Below, in pieces: positions 54,881-64,000 of a DNA stretch of 64,000 bases. The position numbers were made by a program, and so were the translations under genes. Location of the stretch: the NCBI GenBank assembly GCA_001818695.1, contig MHJG01000009.1, positions 309 through 64,308 of the forward strand. The letters run 5' to 3'. The notes under the pieces were generated by a model. It made no database searches. It had not been told where the DNA came from and saw nothing but the letters and a program-made list of their open reading frames with translations. The stretch is from Candidatus Harrisonbacteria bacterium RIFCSPHIGHO2_02_FULL_42_16 (GTDB lineage: Bacteria > Patescibacteriota > Minisyncoccia > UBA6257 > 02-FULL-45-10c). Every line of letters starts with the position of its first letter. Position 1 is the stretch's first letter.

Positions 54881-56467
54881 ATGGCAAAACCAGTAGTGCT
54901 TACAATTTTAGACGGTTTCGGAATTTCTTTTGAAAAAAAAGGCAATGCCCTTGCTTTGGCAAAGACGCCGAATTTTGACGAAATCAGCGAAAATTATCCG
55001 GGCGCGCTTCTTCAGGCGTCCGGCATTGAAGTCGGGCTGGATTGGGGAGAGATGGGCAACTCGGAGGTTGGACACGCTAATATCGGTTCCGGAACAGTGG
55101 TTTATCAAAATTTGGCGCGAATCAATTCGGCGATTAAAGACAAAAGTTTTTTTGATTTTCCGGTTTGGAAAAAAGCCGTTGCCCATGCGGAGAAAAATAA
55201 TTCCGCCATCCATTTAATCGGCCTTTTATCCAACGGCGGCGTTCATTCCCATATTACCCATTTGTTTGCGATTTTGCGGGCGATTAAGAATTTGGAATTC
55301 AGCGGCAGGGTTTTTATCCATATTTTTACGGACGGCCGGGACACGGCGCCGAAATCAGCGGAAAAATTCATCGGTTTATTGGAGGAAGAAATGGGAAGAT
55401 TAAAAATCGGAAAAATCGCCAGCATTGCCGGTCGTTACTACGCGATGGACAGGGATGAAAATTGGGAGCGAACCGGAAAGGCCTATCAAATTTTGATTGG
55501 CGGCGGAGGAGAAAAAGCCGCAAGCGCGCCAGCGGCGGCAGAAAATTTCTATAAAAATGGTTTGAGCGACGAGATGTTTGAGCCGACGACAATAATAGAA
55601 AAAGAAAATCAGCCGGTGGGCGCGGTACAGGACAACGACGCGGCGATTTTCTTTAATTTCCGGCCGGACCGCGCCCGCCAGCTGACGCAAGCGTTCATTG
55701 CTCCGGAATTTGGCGGATTTAAGAGAAAAAAACTGGATAATTTGCTGTTTGTAACTTTGACCCGATATGCCGATGATTATTCAGCGGAAATTGTTTTTGA
55801 ACCGCAGTATATCGCGGAACCGCTGGCTAAAGTTATTGCCGATGCCGGAAAAACCCAGCTGCATATCGCCGAGACGGAAAAATACGCCCACATCACTTAT
55901 TTTCTGAACGGCGCTACGGAAAAGGAATTTTCCGGCGAGGTTCGGATTTTAATTCCGTCCAAAAAAGTAAAAAGTTTTGACGAACAGCCGGAAATGAGCG
56001 CGTCGGAAATAACCGAAAAAATTATAGCGGCGATAAAAAAACAAGAATATGATTTTATCGCGGTTAATTTTGCCAATGCCGATATGGTGGGGCATACCGG
56101 CAATCTGGAGGCAAGCGTGAAAGCGGTAGAATTCTTGGATGAATGCGTCGGCAGGATAAAAAACGCGGTTTTGGAAGCGGGCGGGGTTTTGGCGATTACC
56201 GCTGACCACGGCAATGCGGAAGAAATGCTTAATTTGGCAACCGGGGAGATTGACAAGGAACACTCTACCAATCCGGTGCCGTTTTGGATTGTGGGCGCGG
56301 ACAATAAAATTACCGAAGGCCAAAAAAATTCTTTTCAGACAACGCCGCAGGGGATTTTGGCGGATGTGGCGCCGACTATTTTGGAAATTATGGAGTTGCC
56401 CAAGCCGAAAGAAATGACCGGCAATAGTTTGCTGAAAGGAATGAGCCGGTGTCCCCTGCCAAAATAA
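54881..56467 (+). CDS. gpmI: 2,3-bisphosphoglycerate-independent phosphoglycerate mutase
   Basis: VLTILDGFG..., NSEVGHAN, ITADHGN and metal-binding residues of iPGM. Confidence 0.9.
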   Translation: MAKPVVLTILDGFGISFEKKGNALALAKTPNFDEISENYPGALLQASGIEVGLDWGEMGNSEVGHANIGSGTVVYQNLARINSAIKDKSFFDFPVWKKAVAHAEKNNSAIHLIGLLSNGGVHSHITHLFAILRAIKNLEFSGRVFIHIFTDGRDTAPKSAEKFIGLLEEEMGRLKIGKIASIAGRYYAMDRDENWERTGKAYQILIGGGGEKAASAPAAAENFYKNGLSDEMFEPTTIIEKENQPVGAVQDNDAAIFFNFRPDRARQLTQAFIAPEFGGFKRKKLDNLLFVTLTRYADDYSAEIVFEPQYIAEPLAKVIADAGKTQLHIAETEKYAHITYFLNGATEKEFSGEVRILIPSKKVKSFDEQPEMSASEITEKIIAAIKKQEYDFIAVNFANADMVGHTGNLEASVKAVEFLDECVGRIKNAVLEAGGVLAITADHGNAEEMLNLATGEIDKEHSTNPVPFWIVGADNKITEGQKNSFQTTPQGILADVAPTILEIMELPKPKEMTGNSLLKGMSRCPLPK

Positions 56468-56492
56468 TATAATTTCTGCTAAACTGACAGTA

Positions 56493-58154
56493 ATGCAAAC
56501 AAAAAAACCATCTTTTTTATTCTATGGCGTTTTGTTGGCGATTTTAGCATTGGCAGGCATTGGAAAAATTGATTTAATTGGCCGTAAATCGCCTTACTCT
56601 TTGCTTACCGCTCAAGTCGTGGACCTTGACACTTCTGGCGCGGAAGATATTAATATTGGCGCCCCTCCTTCTTCATCGACTGATTTAACCGCGAGAAAAT
56701 GGGAAATCGGAACCGCTAAAATTATTAAATGGGAATGGCAAGACCTTGAAGAAGGCAAACGGTTTGATGTTGTGCTGGAGCCGGTTACGGCCGAAGAAGC
56801 GGAGGTAATTGTTGTAATAGAGGAAAAGAAAAAAGATGATTTTCCGATAATTGAAGACAAACTGCCAATAATAATAGATGATACTAAAAACGATTTTCCG
56901 ATAATTGAAGACAAACTGCCAATAATAATAAATGACCTTAATGACAAGGCAGAAGAACTTATTAAGGAAATCTGCAAGGAAGAAAAGTCATTTTTAAATG
57001 TTATTAGCGGCGGTTTGCTTGGAATATCTAAATGCGTAATTAAAGACACTCCGGAAACAATTGAAAAAGAAAAGCAATTGGAAAAGATTCTTGAGGAACG
57101 GCAAGATAAGCTGATTGATTTGATTAAAACCGACCCGGAAAAAATATCGGAAATAACTAATTTAGAAAAAGAGCGCGAAAAACTGCCGGATAATCTTAAA
57201 GATTTAATTGAAAAAGAAGTAAAAATTAATGGAGTATTGGAAATCGTTGGAGAAAAGTTTTCCATAATCAGGACCGACACGCCTGCGGGGAAGAAAAGAA
57301 TATGGATTTATTTTACCATTTCTCCCAAACTTGCTCCCGGAAGTAAAATTGAGGTTGTCGGAAAAGAGATAGGCGGCAATATTATTGTTTCTGCTTATAA
57401 AATTATTACCGGTCCCGAGCCGGAGACGCCGCAGATAATCGGCCTTGCTCCGTTCGGCGAGGTATTAGCCGGAACGGAAACATTGATTCGCTGGGAAAAT
57501 ATCGGCGAAGTTACGGATATAGTAAATATCTATCTTGTGAAAGTCGGTAGGGATTACAAGAACTCAATAAAGACCCTTTTATATTTTGAAATATACAATA
57601 GCGGAGAGGCGCTTTTGGATAAGGCAGTTTGGAACAAAATCGACAAAATAGAATCCGGAGAAAATTATTATCTCGCCGTGGAATGCGCGCCGTCCGTTGC
57701 TTGCGAGGGCTCTTTCTATTTTTTTACCATTAAGCCGGCGTTGCAGACAATTCTTTCTACCAAAGCAATTTTTACCAAGACAAAAGAAGAGCACAGATTT
57801 ATAGCTGTGAATTTACCCGCTAACAAGGGCTTTGATTTGGAAGAAATTAAGGCCGCGCAGAAGAATCCAGAATTGGAGAAAAATTTAAAAGGATTTGATA
57901 TAGGATTTGGGCCCAGCGCGGTATTGTTTGGATTCGGTGAATATGAATCAGATGGCTCAGTATTATTTGGAGGTCATTGCGGACCGGAAGTTCTTGGTTT
58001 TCAGAGTTACGCGCCTAAATTATGCCCGTGGTCAAAGTGTATTAGTACGGATTACAGTACCGATGAAATTACTAATAATTTAAGTATGGATTACGCAATG
58101 CCCATTTGGGAAGAAATTCGCAAAACTTACGCTTGCGAAGATAAAAATAATTAG
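56493..58154 (+). CDS. large hypothetical secreted/membrane-anchored protein with internal 45-nt tandem repeats
   Basis: N-terminal TM. DDFPIIEDKLPIII(D/N)D repeated (DNA 56835-56935). No known domain. Confidence 0.5.
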   Translation: MQTKKPSFLFYGVLLAILALAGIGKIDLIGRKSPYSLLTAQVVDLDTSGAEDINIGAPPSSSTDLTARKWEIGTAKIIKWEWQDLEEGKRFDVVLEPVTAEEAEVIVVIEEKKKDDFPIIEDKLPIIIDDTKNDFPIIEDKLPIIINDLNDKAEELIKEICKEEKSFLNVISGGLLGISKCVIKDTPETIEKEKQLEKILEERQDKLIDLIKTDPEKISEITNLEKEREKLPDNLKDLIEKEVKINGVLEIVGEKFSIIRTDTPAGKKRIWIYFTISPKLAPGSKIEVVGKEIGGNIIVSAYKIITGPEPETPQIIGLAPFGEVLAGTETLIRWENIGEVTDIVNIYLVKVGRDYKNSIKTLLYFEIYNSGEALLDKAVWNKIDKIESGENYYLAVECAPSVACEGSFYFFTIKPALQTILSTKAIFTKTKEEHRFIAVNLPANKGFDLEEIKAAQKNPELEKNLKGFDIGFGPSAVLFGFGEYESDGSVLFGGHCGPEVLGFQSYAPKLCPWSKCISTDYSTDEITNNLSMDYAMPIWEEIRKTYACEDKNN

Positions 58155-58159
58155 AAATT

Positions 58160-58531
58160 ATGATTAAGTCACTTGCTAAAAAACCAATTGTTTTTATGGG
58201 CGCGCTATCGGCGGTTTTGTTCGCGTCGGCGGTTATTTGGGCTGTTTTTGCCGCGCAATTAGTTGCCGGTCAAACTGAAACGCCGGCGGATTTTAAAATC
58301 GGCGAATTTCCTCAAAAAAAGGACTCAGGCAAGGCAAGAGAAAAAATTACGCTTCCCAATAACGCGCCCTTTGGATTTTATCGCGTTAAAGTAATTAGCT
58401 ATGGCGCAACCGGAACGCCGATTGCTTCTATCGTCGGTCAGGAAATATTTTCCGTTACGCCGTCTGATGATAAACTCCCCGAGGATAAACGTTACTCCGA
58501 GGATAAACGTTACCGCGAGCCACTTAATTAA
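58160..58531 (+). CDS. hypothetical small membrane-anchored protein
   Basis: N-terminal TM. C-terminal duplicated PEDKRYSEDKRYRE. Confidence 0.4.
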   Translation: MIKSLAKKPIVFMGALSAVLFASAVIWAVFAAQLVAGQTETPADFKIGEFPQKKDSGKAREKITLPNNAPFGFYRVKVISYGATGTPIASIVGQEIFSVTPSDDKLPEDKRYSEDKRYREPLN

Positions 58532-58538
58532 AGAAAGA

Positions 58539-61235
58539 TTATTGATTTAGCGACCGCATTTTAATATCAAAGGCGGCGAGTTGGGATTTAGAGATTTCCA
58601 AGCCAGCGGAACGGTATTCCTGATAGCCGGATTTGAAGCAGGTTAGGTAGTATTTGCCCGGCGCCACCAGGAAATTGAATCTACCTTGTTCGTCGGTAGC
58701 TTTGGTGGCGAGCAGCATATTTTTTTCTTGAGCAAAAATTCTTACCACTGCCAGCGATAACGGCGCTTGGGTAGTTTGGTCCAGAACTTTTCCGAACGGT
58801 TTGATGAGGTGGAAAGCGAAATAAATTTTCAGCGCATCCAGGATAATATAAACGGCAAATATGGCGTAATTCAGCCAGGTCGGGACGATAATCGCGGCGG
58901 TTAAGCTGATAATCGTTCCGAACGCCAGCAGGTAAGGATTGATTAAGTCAATAAATCTTTTGAGTGCGTCCAGAATTTTTATCCGCCAGATGTATTTCAG
59001 GTCAAATTCTTTTTGAATCGGCGTAAGGAAAAATTCCAGGTTTAAAATCTGGTCCGGTGAAGCGATATTTACGGTTTCGCTTTGTAATGGCTGGTAGCCG
59101 TCTTTGATTATTTTGAGATAGTAATTTCCCGGCGTTATCGTCGCTTCAAACCGGCCTTCGCCGTCGGTTACCCGCGTATCTTTGAGTTTTTGATATTCAG
59201 CGTCATAGATATAAACTACTGCCGAGAGTATTGGCTTATTGCTTAGTTTATCAAAAACTATGCCCCAGGGTTTTCTTTTTCGGAATCGCAAAAATCCGAA
59301 TAAATAAAATCGCGACAGATTTATAAATTGTGTTATTTGGGACAGTAAAGAAGCGGCGGTAGCGCTACCAGTGGAAGCGGCTACGACAAGCGAGCTGGCG
59401 CCGACCGCGGAAACAGCGACCGAGGCCGGAATCGCTACCTCTTTTACGGTATTAACCACCACCGGATTGGAGCGCAGTTCTCGGGTGACTCTTACTGCTT
59501 CTTTGGTAATTTCTTTATTAACTTTTTTTATTGCTTCAGGAACATCAGTGAGTTTAGTAATTGTTCCGGTCGCGATTATATTTTGGATTATTCCACCTCC
59601 TCCACCTCCGCCCCCGCCTCCTCCACCGCCGATTGTCTGAATAATAGTAATGATAGTTGTTATAACATCTGTATCCGCTTCATTATTATCCGAAACGCTT
59701 AAACATCCCGGGTCGTTCGGATAGTCAATTTTTCCGTCTCCGTCATTATCTTTGCCGTCAGAACATTGAAATACGGGCGGTGGAATAATTAAACAATCCG
59801 CCGAACAGTTTAGCGAAGTTTCTCCTTTATCTACTTCGCAGATATTATTGCCGCAAATAGTTTGTTGGCTGGCTACGCATTTATTGTTTTTGCATAGAAA
59901 ATCGGACGGACAATCGGAATCTTTAGTACAGGACGGCGCCGCTGCGCAATCCGTTGTGCAATTTAAATTGGTTTCGTCAGCTTCACAGACAAGATTGCCG
60001 CAAACAGATTTAGTGATATCTTGCGGGCATTCTGATGTGTTTTCATCTAATTCGCAAATAATCAACGCTCCAAGAAAAGGTTTTTTTGGTGGCGGGATCG
60101 GGTCGGTTTCGTCATTATCTGAAGCGCCGCCCGAGCATCCCGGGTCAGCCTTATCAATCAGGCCGTCGCCGTCATTATCTTCGCCATCGGAGCATTGGAA
60201 ATTAATAATGGCAACACAATCCCCGCATAGCCGAGTTTCCCCAGATTCGCAGATATTATTGTTATTACAAGATAGAGGAATTATTATATCGGTCTCATCA
60301 TTGTCAGTAGCAGAAGAACATCCCGGGTCATTTGGATAATCAATTTTTCCGTCGCCGTCATTGTCTTTGTTATCGGAGCATTGATAAGTAGGTGGAGGAG
60401 GGCAATCTGTGGTGCAACCACCTCCTTTGTTATGCGCCAGTATTCCTTCCGCGAAATAATTTTCTGTGTTTGAAACATGGAAATTGTACACTGCTATATT
60501 TTTTTCTATCCGTTGAAAATTTATGATTTCATCTGGGACAAGTTCGTCGTTGTTTAGGAAGAAAATAACATTACCATTTTGGAGTTCTTTAACCCGTCTA
60601 TAACCGGTTGACGTATAAAGCGGATGTTCCGCAGTTACGAAGATTTTCCTGCCGCTTGCCGTAGAAATATCGTAATAATGGTCGGATAGCCGCTTAAACG
60701 TTCTCAAGACCGTTACTTCTCTGGATTTGTTTGCGCTTAAATCATAGCCGATTACGCTATCGCCAATAAGCACATCTTCTACATTTTTAGTTCCGGTAGG
60801 GATAAGTATTTTTGTTCCTGCCAAAAAACTACCGTCCCCGCCCCCTTCAACCGTACAAACATTAGAACTTACATTTACGGTAATGTTTATAGTGCCGGCG
60901 CCGGACATAGAGCCGGTATCAATGGTCGCCGAAGATTCGGAAAGGGAGCAAGAGCGGCCGGTGTAGCCGGTGGTATTGGGGTCAAAAGTTAAATCCCGCC
61001 GGTCTGCAGACCTAACTTTCAGGTATTGGCCGGCGGCCATAGTAACCGTAAAACTGTTGCCGCTAAAAGTAATTTGATTTAGGGTGCCGGCGCTTCCTTG
61101 CACATCTAAAAGAACGCCATTCACGCTAAGCTGAATTTCGCCGGAATTTAACAGTAAATCCGCTAAAGCATTTTGAAAATAAAAAAGAGCGAAAATTAGA
61201 ACAATTATCCCCAAAAATCGTTTTTTAAGTTTCAT
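58539..61235 (-). CDS. large surface protein: signal peptide, Hint/bacterial-intein-like (BIL) domain, TSP3-like Ca-binding Cys repeats, poly-Gly linker, TM segments, two CarboxypepD_reg-like domains
   Basis: Hint blocks SFLAGTKILIPTG...TAEHPLYT...YNFHVSNTENYFAEGILAHN (ends HN, no +1 nucleophile). DNDGDGKIDYPNDPGC repeats x3. G13 run. VTDGEGRF..PGNYYLKIIKDGYQ x2. Confidence 0.65.
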   Translation of the reverse strand: MKLKKRFLGIIVLIFALFYFQNALADLLLNSGEIQLSVNGVLLDVQGSAGTLNQITFSGNSFTVTMAAGQYLKVRSADRRDLTFDPNTTGYTGRSCSLSESSATIDTGSMSGAGTINITVNVSSNVCTVEGGGDGSFLAGTKILIPTGTKNVEDVLIGDSVIGYDLSANKSREVTVLRTFKRLSDHYYDISTASGRKIFVTAEHPLYTSTGYRRVKELQNGNVIFFLNNDELVPDEIINFQRIEKNIAVYNFHVSNTENYFAEGILAHNKGGGCTTDCPPPPTYQCSDNKDNDGDGKIDYPNDPGCSSATDNDETDIIIPLSCNNNNICESGETRLCGDCVAIINFQCSDGEDNDGDGLIDKADPGCSGGASDNDETDPIPPPKKPFLGALIICELDENTSECPQDITKSVCGNLVCEADETNLNCTTDCAAAPSCTKDSDCPSDFLCKNNKCVASQQTICGNNICEVDKGETSLNCSADCLIIPPPVFQCSDGKDNDGDGKIDYPNDPGCLSVSDNNEADTDVITTIITIIQTIGGGGGGGGGGGGGIIQNIIATGTITKLTDVPEAIKKVNKEITKEAVRVTRELRSNPVVVNTVKEVAIPASVAVSAVGASSLVVAASTGSATAASLLSQITQFINLSRFYLFGFLRFRKRKPWGIVFDKLSNKPILSAVVYIYDAEYQKLKDTRVTDGEGRFEATITPGNYYLKIIKDGYQPLQSETVNIASPDQILNLEFFLTPIQKEFDLKYIWRIKILDALKRFIDLINPYLLAFGTIISLTAAIIVPTWLNYAIFAVYIILDALKIYFAFHLIKPFGKVLDQTTQAPLSLAVVRIFAQEKNMLLATKATDEQGRFNFLVAPGKYYLTCFKSGYQEYRSAGLEISKSQLAAFDIKMRSLNQ
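59594..59632. repeat. 13 consecutive glycine codons (CCN/GGN homopolymeric-like tract) inside the BIL-domain protein gene
   Basis: ccacctcctccacctccgcccccgcctcctccaccgcc on the plus strand = G13 on the minus strand. Confidence 0.8.
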
Positions 61236-61304
61236 AGAAAATGATATAATTAACAATGGATTATTATGCCTGTCAAATTGTGATATTGAAATTATAACAT
61301 TACG

Positions 61305-63611
61305 ATGCCTCATCAGAAAATAAATTTGTTAAAACCGCGTTCGCTGAAAAACAGCCCCTTTCCATATTGGGCCAGAATTTTAGCGTTTATTTCATCGGCA
61401 ACGCTCGCGACTTTATTTATCGTTTCGGTTATCGCCGCCAATACCACTATCGGCAATAATATTGAAACCAGCGGCACTTTGACAGTGGGGGGCGCTACTT
61501 CAACTATTGCCACTGCTTTGGGGGTAGCCACCACTTCCCCGTGGGGCATTTTTTCAGTGGAAATGGGCACAGTGAATCCCTCTTTTGTCGTATCTAATAA
61601 CGGCAGTTCTACTCCTTCTTTTTGGATTGGCGGCGTTAATCAAAACGGTTATATCGGCATTGGCACCACTTCCCCCAATCAAGCGCTGACAGTTGTTGGG
61701 AATATTTACAATACCGGAATTATTGGAATAGGAACAACAACCACCGACAGGGCTTTGTCAGTCCATGGCAATGCTTTATTTTCCGGCACTGTTATGGTGG
61801 CTAATTTAATCGCTACCGGGACGTTGACTTTAAGCGGCACTGGCACGACAACTTATTCAGGGGCATTGGGAGTGGCGAGCAGTACTCCTTGGGGCACCTT
61901 ATCTGTAGAAATGGAAGTCAACAACCCTTCTTTTATAGTTTCTAATGCCGGCAGTTCCAGTCCTTCTTTATGGGTTGGCGGAGTCAATCAAAATGGTTAT
62001 ATTGGTATCGGCACTTCTACGCCTAATGAAGTGTTGACCGTAGCCGGAAACATTGCTAATTTAGCCGCCACTTCAACAATGAAGTTAAGAGGTAGCGCAA
62101 CTCTTGGCAATACCCCAACCTCAATTAAAGTTGCGGGTCGTTATGCTTACGTGATAGATCGTGGCACCAGTGATTTAAGAATTTTTGACGTGTCCAGCAC
62201 TACCCCGGCTTTTGCCGGTTCAATAGGTTTAGACCTTACCCCTCAAGATATATATATTTCCGGCCGATACGCTTATGTAGTAGATGGTGCCAGCGATGGC
62301 CTTAAAATTATTGATATTTCTAATCCAGCCGCTTTATCAATAATGAGTTCTACCAGTTTAGCAACAATTGGGGACGGGAGCAGTAATCCGTTGGGGATTT
62401 ATATTTCTGGCCGATATGCGTATGTGGTAGATAGTGGCGATGGTTATCTTAAAATTATTGATGTTTCTGATCCGGTTAGGCCATCAATCGTATCTATGTT
62501 GACGGCGGGTTCTGGACCGACGAGCGTATTTGTGTCCGGCCGTTACGCTTATGTGGCTGGTCAACAAAATAGTAGTAGTATAATTATAGATATATCCGAC
62601 CCATTTAATCCAAAAAATATGGGAAGCATCACTAGAACATCTCAGGGCATCAATCTTGACATTAAAATTTCGGGAAACTATGCCTATGTAAATGATAATC
62701 CGAATTTACGAATTATAGATGTTTCTGACCCAGCTAATTCGCAATCAATAGCAACTATATCTTTGGGCGTCAGCCCCACCTTATCTAATTTACAGGTATC
62801 CGGACGCTATGTTTATGTATTTAATTCTGGAGATGGTAAAAAAGAACTTATTGCCATTGACGTTTCTATACCGGATTCACCGGTGATTGTTTCCAGATTA
62901 AATATCGCCGTAGGGGGAACTTCTCCGTATTTATATGTTTCTGGTCGATATGCTTATGTAGCAAATGGCACCAATTTTTCAGTAATAGATATTTCCGGCA
63001 TAGAAACTACTTCTGCCATTATTCATTCTTTAGAGGCCGGCAATCTTCAGGTTAGGAGCGATGTTTTAGTTGGTAATCAGCTTACAGTAACCGGCGGATT
63101 AACTGTTGGGCAGGGCGGAATCTTATCCACTGGGCCATTGGCAGTCAGCGCCACCACTTCCAAAAGTGTTATTTTAGGCGGTTTGATAATCGGCACTTCT
63201 ACTCCGGCTACCACCTCGCCAAACTCGCTTGCTTTTTATCAGTCCGTTTTTTTGGTGGAAGCTACTTCTTCTGCGTCTATTCCATTTACTATCCGAGGCG
63301 CCGGCACCCAGTTAGGAAATTATTTGCAAATTCAAAGTTCTACCAATACCAGTCAGTTGGTGCTTAGCAGTTCTGGAAGGTTGGGTATCGGCACTTCTAC
63401 TCCGGCAACGGAATTAGCAATTTCTTCTTCTGCCACTACCACTATTTATCTTGATTCCTCCGTTACTACCAAAGGCAGTTGTATCCAATTAAAGTCAGCT
63501 ACCAGTTCGGCGGTTTATCATCTGTACATTGGCGCCAATGATGTGGCATCCACTACCTCTGACGGCCGGTCCGGCTTAATTCCGATATTTGAATTTGGCG
63601 CTTGCAAATAA
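61305..63611 (+). CDS. LVIVD-repeat beta-propeller surface protein with N-terminal TM and GIGTTSP (tail-fibre-like) repeats
   Basis: About 7 repeats of SGRYAYVVD..DGLKIIDISNP.. (LVIVD consensus). Upstream IGIGTT(S/T)PNxALTVxGNI repeats. Confidence 0.7.
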   Translation: MPHQKINLLKPRSLKNSPFPYWARILAFISSATLATLFIVSVIAANTTIGNNIETSGTLTVGGATSTIATALGVATTSPWGIFSVEMGTVNPSFVVSNNGSSTPSFWIGGVNQNGYIGIGTTSPNQALTVVGNIYNTGIIGIGTTTTDRALSVHGNALFSGTVMVANLIATGTLTLSGTGTTTYSGALGVASSTPWGTLSVEMEVNNPSFIVSNAGSSSPSLWVGGVNQNGYIGIGTSTPNEVLTVAGNIANLAATSTMKLRGSATLGNTPTSIKVAGRYAYVIDRGTSDLRIFDVSSTTPAFAGSIGLDLTPQDIYISGRYAYVVDGASDGLKIIDISNPAALSIMSSTSLATIGDGSSNPLGIYISGRYAYVVDSGDGYLKIIDVSDPVRPSIVSMLTAGSGPTSVFVSGRYAYVAGQQNSSSIIIDISDPFNPKNMGSITRTSQGINLDIKISGNYAYVNDNPNLRIIDVSDPANSQSIATISLGVSPTLSNLQVSGRYVYVFNSGDGKKELIAIDVSIPDSPVIVSRLNIAVGGTSPYLYVSGRYAYVANGTNFSVIDISGIETTSAIIHSLEAGNLQVRSDVLVGNQLTVTGGLTVGQGGILSTGPLAVSATTSKSVILGGLIIGTSTPATTSPNSLAFYQSVFLVEATSSASIPFTIRGAGTQLGNYLQIQSSTNTSQLVLSSSGRLGIGTSTPATELAISSSATTTIYLDSSVTTKGSCIQLKSATSSAVYHLYIGANDVASTTSDGRSGLIPIFEFGACK

Positions 63612-63640
63612 AAAATCCGGCGATATTTTATCGCCGGAAA

Positions 63641-64000
63641 TTACTCTGTTTTCCTTCTATTTTTTTTACAGTCCTCGTCGGTATTTTCTAAGGAATTTCT
63701 TTGAGCCACTCCATTATTATTGAAATATTCATCAGTGATAGTGGTATATAGCTTTAGATCGCCGGTTTCTATCATTTTGCAGTGGTCAAAGGTGTTGATA
63801 TTCCCGAATTCTTTTATTAAATTGACGCACTCGGTCATATTATAAAAATTTTGGCAATGCTTATCCGCAGAGACGCCTTTTTCTTTGTTCAAATACCCGT
63901 GTTCTTTTTTATAAACATCATCATAATTCGCATGAAGCAGTTCGTGGATGCCCGTATTGTAAACCTGCGCTTCAAAGGTATTTTGGTCCCAGTTGTATTT
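63641..64000 (-). CDS. 5' partial CDS: HExxH zinc metallopeptidase (continues beyond window)
   Basis: Minus-strand frame open to the window edge: ...NTGIHELLHANYDDVYKKEHGYLNKEKGV... contains HELLH. Confidence 0.45.
   Translation of the reverse strand, partial: KYNWDQNTFEAQVYNTGIHELLHANYDDVYKKEHGYLNKEKGVSADKHCQNFYNMTECVNLIKEFGNINTFDHCKMIETGDLKLYTTITDEYFNNNGVAQRNSLENTDEDCKKNRRKTE

Noticed and set aside
56835-56935. Possible CRISPR-like direct repeats
   Set aside because: They are two about 45-nt tandem copies inside a continuous reading frame (DDFPIIEDKLPIII repeats). There are no spacers, no leader and no cas genes. They are coding tandem repeats.
58539-61235. Hint domain as a true intein inside a host enzyme
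   Set aside because: No extein with recognisable enzyme motifs flanks it. It ends in HN followed by Lys (no +1 nucleophile), and the surrounding sequence is low-complexity surface-protein modules. This is the bacterial intein-like (BIL) type.

Overview
This 64 kb window is AT-rich (about 35-40% GC) and densely coding. It is almost certainly a bacterial chromosome segment that includes the replication origin region: rpmH-rnpA-yidC-jag on the minus strand diverge from dnaA-dnaN on the plus strand. Most genes are housekeeping. They cover replication and repair (dnaA, dnaN, ruvABC, split polA, holA, mutM, an EndoQ-like PHP nuclease), translation (ileS, argS, valS, infC-rpmI-rplT, rpsT, smpB plus an unlisted tmRNA, tsaD, tsaE, two tRNAs), the cell envelope (class A PBP, murB, a Mur ligase, a PilB-type ATPase) and a short glycolytic cluster (eno, a minimal pyruvate kinase, gpmI). 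Split polA, a tiny YidC, a minimal pyruvate kinase, LVIVD and BIL/Hint surface proteins and low GC together suggest a Candidate Phyla Radiation / Patescibacteria-like organism; that is inference only. Features absent from the ORF track but readable in the sequence are rpmH, rpmI, ssrA (tmRNA), tRNA-Arg(CCG), tRNA-Glu(UUC), several intrinsic terminators and one consensus sigma70-type promoter. The most unusual observations are: (1) ileS carries an in-frame histidine-phosphatase (PGAM-like) domain of about 240 aa; (2) a 193-aa wHTH protein gene is flanked by two near-identical 42-50 bp perfect palindromes and sits exactly between the two separately encoded halves of DNA polymerase I; (3) telomere-like TAGGG/TTTAGGG G-rich repeat blocks are inserted in-frame in both t6A genes (tsaD twice, tsaE once) and once in an intergenic region; (4) other short GC-rich in-frame patches occur in polA, the RNase J-like gene and ileS; (5) several GC-rich, highly structured non-coding candidates stand out against the AT-rich background; (6) an AT-rich ORFan islet with a frameshifted GIY-YIG gene lies immediately downstream of tmRNA. 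There are also two type II toxin-antitoxin pairs, a patatin-like phospholipase and a cluster of large surface proteins (BIL/Hint, LVIVD, repeat protein, metalloprotease). No CRISPR array, rRNA or obvious transposase was seen.
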